Below, one piece after another: positions 58,690 through 64,000 of a stretch of DNA of 64,000 nucleotides. Origin of the DNA: Neocallimastix sp. 'constans' (taxonomy: Eukaryota); the NCBI GenBank assembly GCA_050613775.1, contig JBODTK010000122.1, positions 248,001-312,000 on the forward strand. The letters are read 5' to 3'. The notes under the pieces were generated by a model that was given only the letters and a program-made list of their open reading frames with translations, ran no database searches and was not told where the DNA came from. The translations under genes and the position numbers were made by a program. Position 1 is the stretch's first letter; every line of letters starts with the position of its first letter.

Positions 58690-59206
58690 CCTACATTTTT
58701 TGATTTAGGAGTTTCAAATGAACAAAAATAGCAATACGAAGAAATAAAGTATGAGTTAATTGTTCATGAATTATTTTATAGAAAACCTGAAGATGTTAAA
58801 GAAATTAATAGACTAACTGAACATAATAAATTACTCAAAAACAGTAGTATAAAAAATCTTGAAACTCATGATGAAACCGAGAATAGATTTAAAAAAGTAT
58901 CCATACAACAATTATAATATTGAATATGACCCTCATTATGGAATAAAGATCCTATCGGTGGTGATCTATGAAAATTTTCCAAAAGATATAAATATTATTA
59001 TTCTGGATGCTTTTCCTGAAGAAACATTACATTCTATTATAGCTCGTCCTCTCGTAAGCCAAGATGAAATATTATCCATGGTGAATAGAATGATAGATAA
59101 TTACTTTACACCAGACTATTTACATTATAAGGTTATAAGGAGAAACTATCAGACAATTTGTCATATGATGATAAAACTACTAAATTCAATACCTATTTGG
59201 CTATGA
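58690..59206 (+). pseudogene. Frameshifted intronless ORF remnant of unknown family, divergent from the RNA polymerase remnant
   Basis: Coding-like composition across two overlapping frames, ending at a poly(A) run; no motif recognised. Confidence 0.35.
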
Positions 59207-59214
59207 CAAGATCA

Positions 59215-59261
<47 letters not shown>

Positions 59262-59463
59262 TAATTGAATATAAAATCTAAAGAATTTTATGCTTATTAT
59301 TTTTTCATTTTATTACAATAAATAAATTTTCTACTGTAAAGTCAATATAAATTAAATTTCCTATAATTAACTTATTATTAGTATTATTATTATTAGTATT
59401 ATTATTATATTATTATTATTATCATTATTATTATTATCATTATTATTATTAGTATTATTATTA

Positions 59464-59511
<48 letters not shown>

Positions 59512-59583
59512 ATATGTATACAAATATTTAAAATACTATTATAATTATAATTATTATATAATTTTTATTTTATTCACATTTTT

Positions 59584-59934
59584 GGGTGTGGTGCATTTCG
59601 CCAGATTGCATTTCGCCAATTTTTTTGAAAGCATGTGGCGTATTAAAAAAATGTGGCATTTCGCCAAATTGAAAATTATTAAATAAATAAATAAATCAAT
59701 AAATAAAATTAAATATTATTAATATCACATAAAAACAATTTTAAAAAAAATATATTTTGAATTAATATTTATTTATTTATTCATTTATTTATATCAATAC
59801 TCTACTTGGCGAAATGCAACCTGGCGAAAAGCAACTTGGGGAAATGAAACTTGGGGAAATGCAACATTTTAATACTACGCCACTTGGCGAAATGCAACCT
59901 GGCGAAATGCAATTTGGGGAAATGCAACTCTCCC
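59584..59934. mobile_element. Mutator-like MITE (351 bp)
   Basis: TIRs gggtgtggtgcatttcgcca / tggggaaatgcaactctccc; exact 9-bp TSD cacattttt at 59575-59583 and 59935-59943; subterminal TGGCGAAATGCAA repeats. Confidence 0.9.
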
Positions 59935-60170
59935 CACATTTTTTACATATATATTAAATATTGTGAATATTAATAATACTAAACATTTATTTAATTTTGA
60001 AAATAATGAAAAAATAAAGGGTTAGATTCAATATAATAAAAAATAATGTGGCATATTTTATTAAATTTGTGATTATATTTGTATAATAAACTATTATATT
60101 ATAACATTTATGGCTTAATAATTTTTATTATTTTTTAATATATAAATATATATTGATTTGTTTTTTCATC

Positions 60171-60206
<36 letters not shown>

Positions 60207-60277
60207 ATATATATATATTTAATGATAAAACAGAAATATAATAAATAATAAAACTCTGAAATAAATAAATTATAAAA

Positions 60278-61974
60278 ATGATAACACCATCTTTTCAAAT
60301 TAGTCAAGATGAAAATTTTGTTAATATAATTATAAAATGTCCATATATTAAAGTATTATTAATATATCGTTTTTAAATACTAATAATTGTTATAAAAATA
60401 CTAAAATAGTAGTAATAATAATAAAGAAATAATAAATTTAATAAATGTGCTTAATAATAAATTATATTAATTACTGGTTTAATATATTATAAATAAAGAA
60501 TGAATAATTTTTTGATAGATGGTTGATAAATCTAAATATAATAATAATAATAATAAAAAGGAGACATTAAAATTATTAATAATAGTTCTTACAATTATTA
60601 ATATATTTATGAATTCTTTGTATTAGGCTCAAAATGTTGAATTTTTTGTTGATGGAACCGAATTTAAATTTTATATTAAACCATATTATTTAAGGTAATT
60701 ACTATTATTATATATTACTATTTTTTTTCTTTTTTTTATTTTTATTTTTATTTTTATTTTTTATATACTTTATTTTATTTTATATTATTTTTTAATAATT
60801 AAATTTTATAATTGTGTTTTGCAATTAAAATATTATGTATTATTATTTTATGAAAATAGACTTAATTTACCTGGAAAAATAGTTGAAGATGGTAGGGAAA
60901 AAGCAACATATAATATTAAAACATCTGAAGTTACAGTTCGTATACCAAAGGAAACTCCAGGAGAATTTTTCGAAGATTTAAGTTTATTAACAAATTTAAT
61001 GGCAAAATCAAAAAAAGATGAAAAAAAGAAAAATCCATTAATTGAAGTATTAAATAGTGAAGGAACTTTAGAAAATCAACCAAGATTAAGTGAAAATGGT
61101 ATAGTTAATAAATGAAATAACAAATAAAATAAAATAAAATAAAATAAAATAAAATAATAAATAAATAAAAAGGAAGCATATGCATAATATATATAAAAAT
61201 TTCAAAAAAAAAAAAAAAAAAAAAAAAATAATAATAATATTAATAATTATAATAATTTAAATAAATTTAAATTATTATTTATATAAATATATACTATTTA
61301 AATATTTATAAGATGAAATTGATTGGGATTTACCACAAGAATTACCAAAATCAGAGGTATTTTATATAAAATTGTTTTATTATAGATATATAAATTATTA
61401 TATTAATACCTTCTTTTTCTTTTCTTTTATAATTATTTAATTGTATTAATATTAAAACTCTTTATAAATATTAATATTTATTTATTTATTTTTATATTTT
61501 ATAACTAAATATTATAATTTATATTAATAATGATAATAACAAAGAACACTGATTTATTAATTAATTCACACTATGGTTTCGATAATAAATACTCAAACCT
61601 TGGTCGTCAATTACAAGAAATTGGATCTGATGTAGTTAATAGAGAATTTGCGGAAGTATTAGATACCTCTACTCCAGAAAGTAGAAGAGCATTACGTTTA
61701 ATACAAGAAGATGAAAAATTTGATGATGATTATTATATGTAATTTTTTTTTTTTAAAAAAGATTTATCATAATTAATAAATACAAATACATTAACTTAAA
61801 TAATTATTATTATAATTATTAGGGATAATTTTATTAATAATGACGAAATTAAATATTTTTTAAAATATAAACCACAGACATGGATCGTATTAAAAAAAAT
61901 TCAGAAAGAAAAAAAAGATGAAATTACACAACTTGAAAATGAAGTTTCAAAAATGAATATAGATATGGATGTTG

Positions 61975-62014
<40 letters not shown>

Positions 62015-63819
62015 AGTAACAGCTAATACGACCATTAATAATAATGTGGATAATAATACTTCAACAACAAAAGAATCAAAAAAAAATATCCAAATTTCAA
62101 ATGATTTAATTGAATTAGAAAATACTTTAAATAATTATGAAATAGATTATCAGAAATTAGAAAAGAAAAAGGGACCATTAATAATTGACCTATCAGAAAT
62201 AAATAAATCTCAAGACCAAAATGAATCCAAAAATAATAATGAAGAAAAGAAAGATTCAAATCTTTTGAATGATAATGAAAATGATAATGAAAATGATAAT
62301 GAATTATTTAAATCAACATCGACCTTTAATTTAACAAATGCTTCAAAGGATAGTCTTTTCCATAGTCAAGATGATATTAATAATAAAATTCAACGTCCAC
62401 TAATTATTGAATTAGATTCTAATGGTCAAAATATGGATAATTCAGGTATGAAAATAGATACCCAAAAAGTAAAAGAATCAACAAAAGCTGCCAAAATAGA
62501 AAAAGCTAATGTAACTGAAAATAAAGTGCCAAGATTAGATGAAAATGTTGAATGGATAGAAAAAAAATTACCCATAGTTAAATCATTAGATGGTAATATT
62601 CCTATTAATAAAGTAGTTAATGAATTAAAACCATCTGAAAATCAAATGCAAGTAGATGAAGAAAAATTAGATTCTTTCTTTAAATTTTCAGAAGAAGAAA
62701 ATCGTATGATGGCAAATCTTCCAAATATTGAGTGTAATTTTTTTTTTTTTTTTAATATATATTTAAAATAATTAATAATTTATTAAAATACTTTTAAAAA
62801 ATATATTATTTATTTTATTATTAAAAATAATTAAACAATTAATAAATTGTTAATTATTATTATTATTATTTATTAATAATAGTTAATATTGTAAATGAAA
62901 AAGCATTATATCTTGGTTTAGTTGATCTTCTTTATGCTTATAGTTATGACTATCGTACTACGGAAGGTGATTCAACTGTAGAATCTCCATGGACTATTGT
63001 TAATCTTAGTTCTTCTCTTTCATGTTTTGATACTTTTTCAACATTAAAAGACACGCTTATTGCTTGTATCCGTCGATCTCTTTGTTATCCATTATATCGA
63101 AATTTTGATTTATCAATGAAATGTATAATGGATGTTTATGTTCTTTTTAAATTAGGTAAAATTGCAATTCTTAAAGCTTTACTTCATATGAAGAAATTAT
63201 TTGAAAGTCAAGAAAGTTATTATATATATAATCGTTGTTGGATTGATGATTATTGTATTTGGGTTCAAAGATGCAGGTAAAAAAAAATTTTTTTTTCTCA
63301 AAAAAATTAACTTAAATTATATATAAAATTAAGATATAACGATAATATTAATTAAATAATTTTTTTTTTAATTTTTAATTTTTATTTTTTATTTTTTATT
63401 TTTTATTTTTTATTTTTTATTTTTTATTTTTTATTTTTTATTTTTTATTTTTTATTTTTTATTTTTTATTTTTTATTTTTTATTTTTTATTTTTTATTTT
63501 TTATTTTTTATTTTTTATTTTTTATTTTTTATTTTTTATTTTTTATTTTTTATTATTTATTATTTATTTTTTATTTTTTATTATTTATTTTTTATTTTTT
63601 ATTTTTTATTTTTTATTATTTTTTTTTTTATTATTTTTATTATTTTTTTATTTTTTTTTATTTTTTATTTTCTTTATCTTCCTATTATAGTAAAAAGAGA
63701 TTAAAGTCTTTAGCATCTGAATTACATACATTTAAAGTTCCAAAACAAGATATTGGTTTTGATTTAGAAGAATGTGAAATGATTGCAAAAGAAATTGATG
63801 CTATAGAAGAGGATGAATA

Positions 63820-63820
<1 letters not shown>
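60278..63820 (+). CDS. SHQ1: H/ACA snoRNP assembly chaperone SHQ1
   Basis: 8 exons. N-terminal CS domain MITPSFQISQDENFV...PYYLRLNLPG...KETPGEFFEDLSLL; SHQ1-domain motifs HYGFDNKY, EDEKFDDDYY, AYSYDYRTTEGDSTVESPWTI, RRSLCYPLYRNFDL. Confidence 0.93.
63375..63670. repeat. (TTTTTTA)n microsatellite in the last SHQ1 intron
   Basis: Direct inspection. Confidence 0.9.
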
Positions 63821-63850
<30 letters not shown>

Positions 63851-64000
63851 CGTTAAGAGTACAATTATTATTTCTACTTATTACTATTTGCTTTAATATA
63901 TTAATAAATTAATGACTTATTTATTTATTTATTTATTTTATAAAAATAAAAATATTAATTAAATAATGAATAAAATTTTAGTAAAATTAGTTCAATGTTT

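Overview
Very AT-rich, intron-rich eukaryotic DNA. Fungal non-catalytic dockerins (CBM10-like) together with CBM1 modules point to an anaerobic gut fungus (Neocallimastigomycota). The core of the window (10.8-47.6 kb, minus strand) is a tandem array of five secreted purple-acid-phosphatase-like metallophosphoesterase genes. Each has 2-4 intron-split N-terminal dockerins, an intronless bacterial-style catalytic exon and 1-3 C-terminal dockerins; four of the five end in a CBM1. They look like phosphoesterases built as cellulosome/cellulose-tethered enzymes. Flanking genes: the 3' part of an ACAP-like ankyrin protein with NPF repeats, a hypothetical protein, a kinase-less single-pass LRR receptor-like protein and SHQ1. 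Mobile or foreign DNA: two decayed copies of one LINE family, an inverted-repeat element enclosing a ricin-B lectin fragment, a Mutator-like MITE with a 9-bp TSD, a dockerin/ricin pseudogene and a decayed divergent RNA polymerase remnant that may be viral or plasmid-derived. Exon boundaries were read by eye and may be off by a few bases; no database searches were run.
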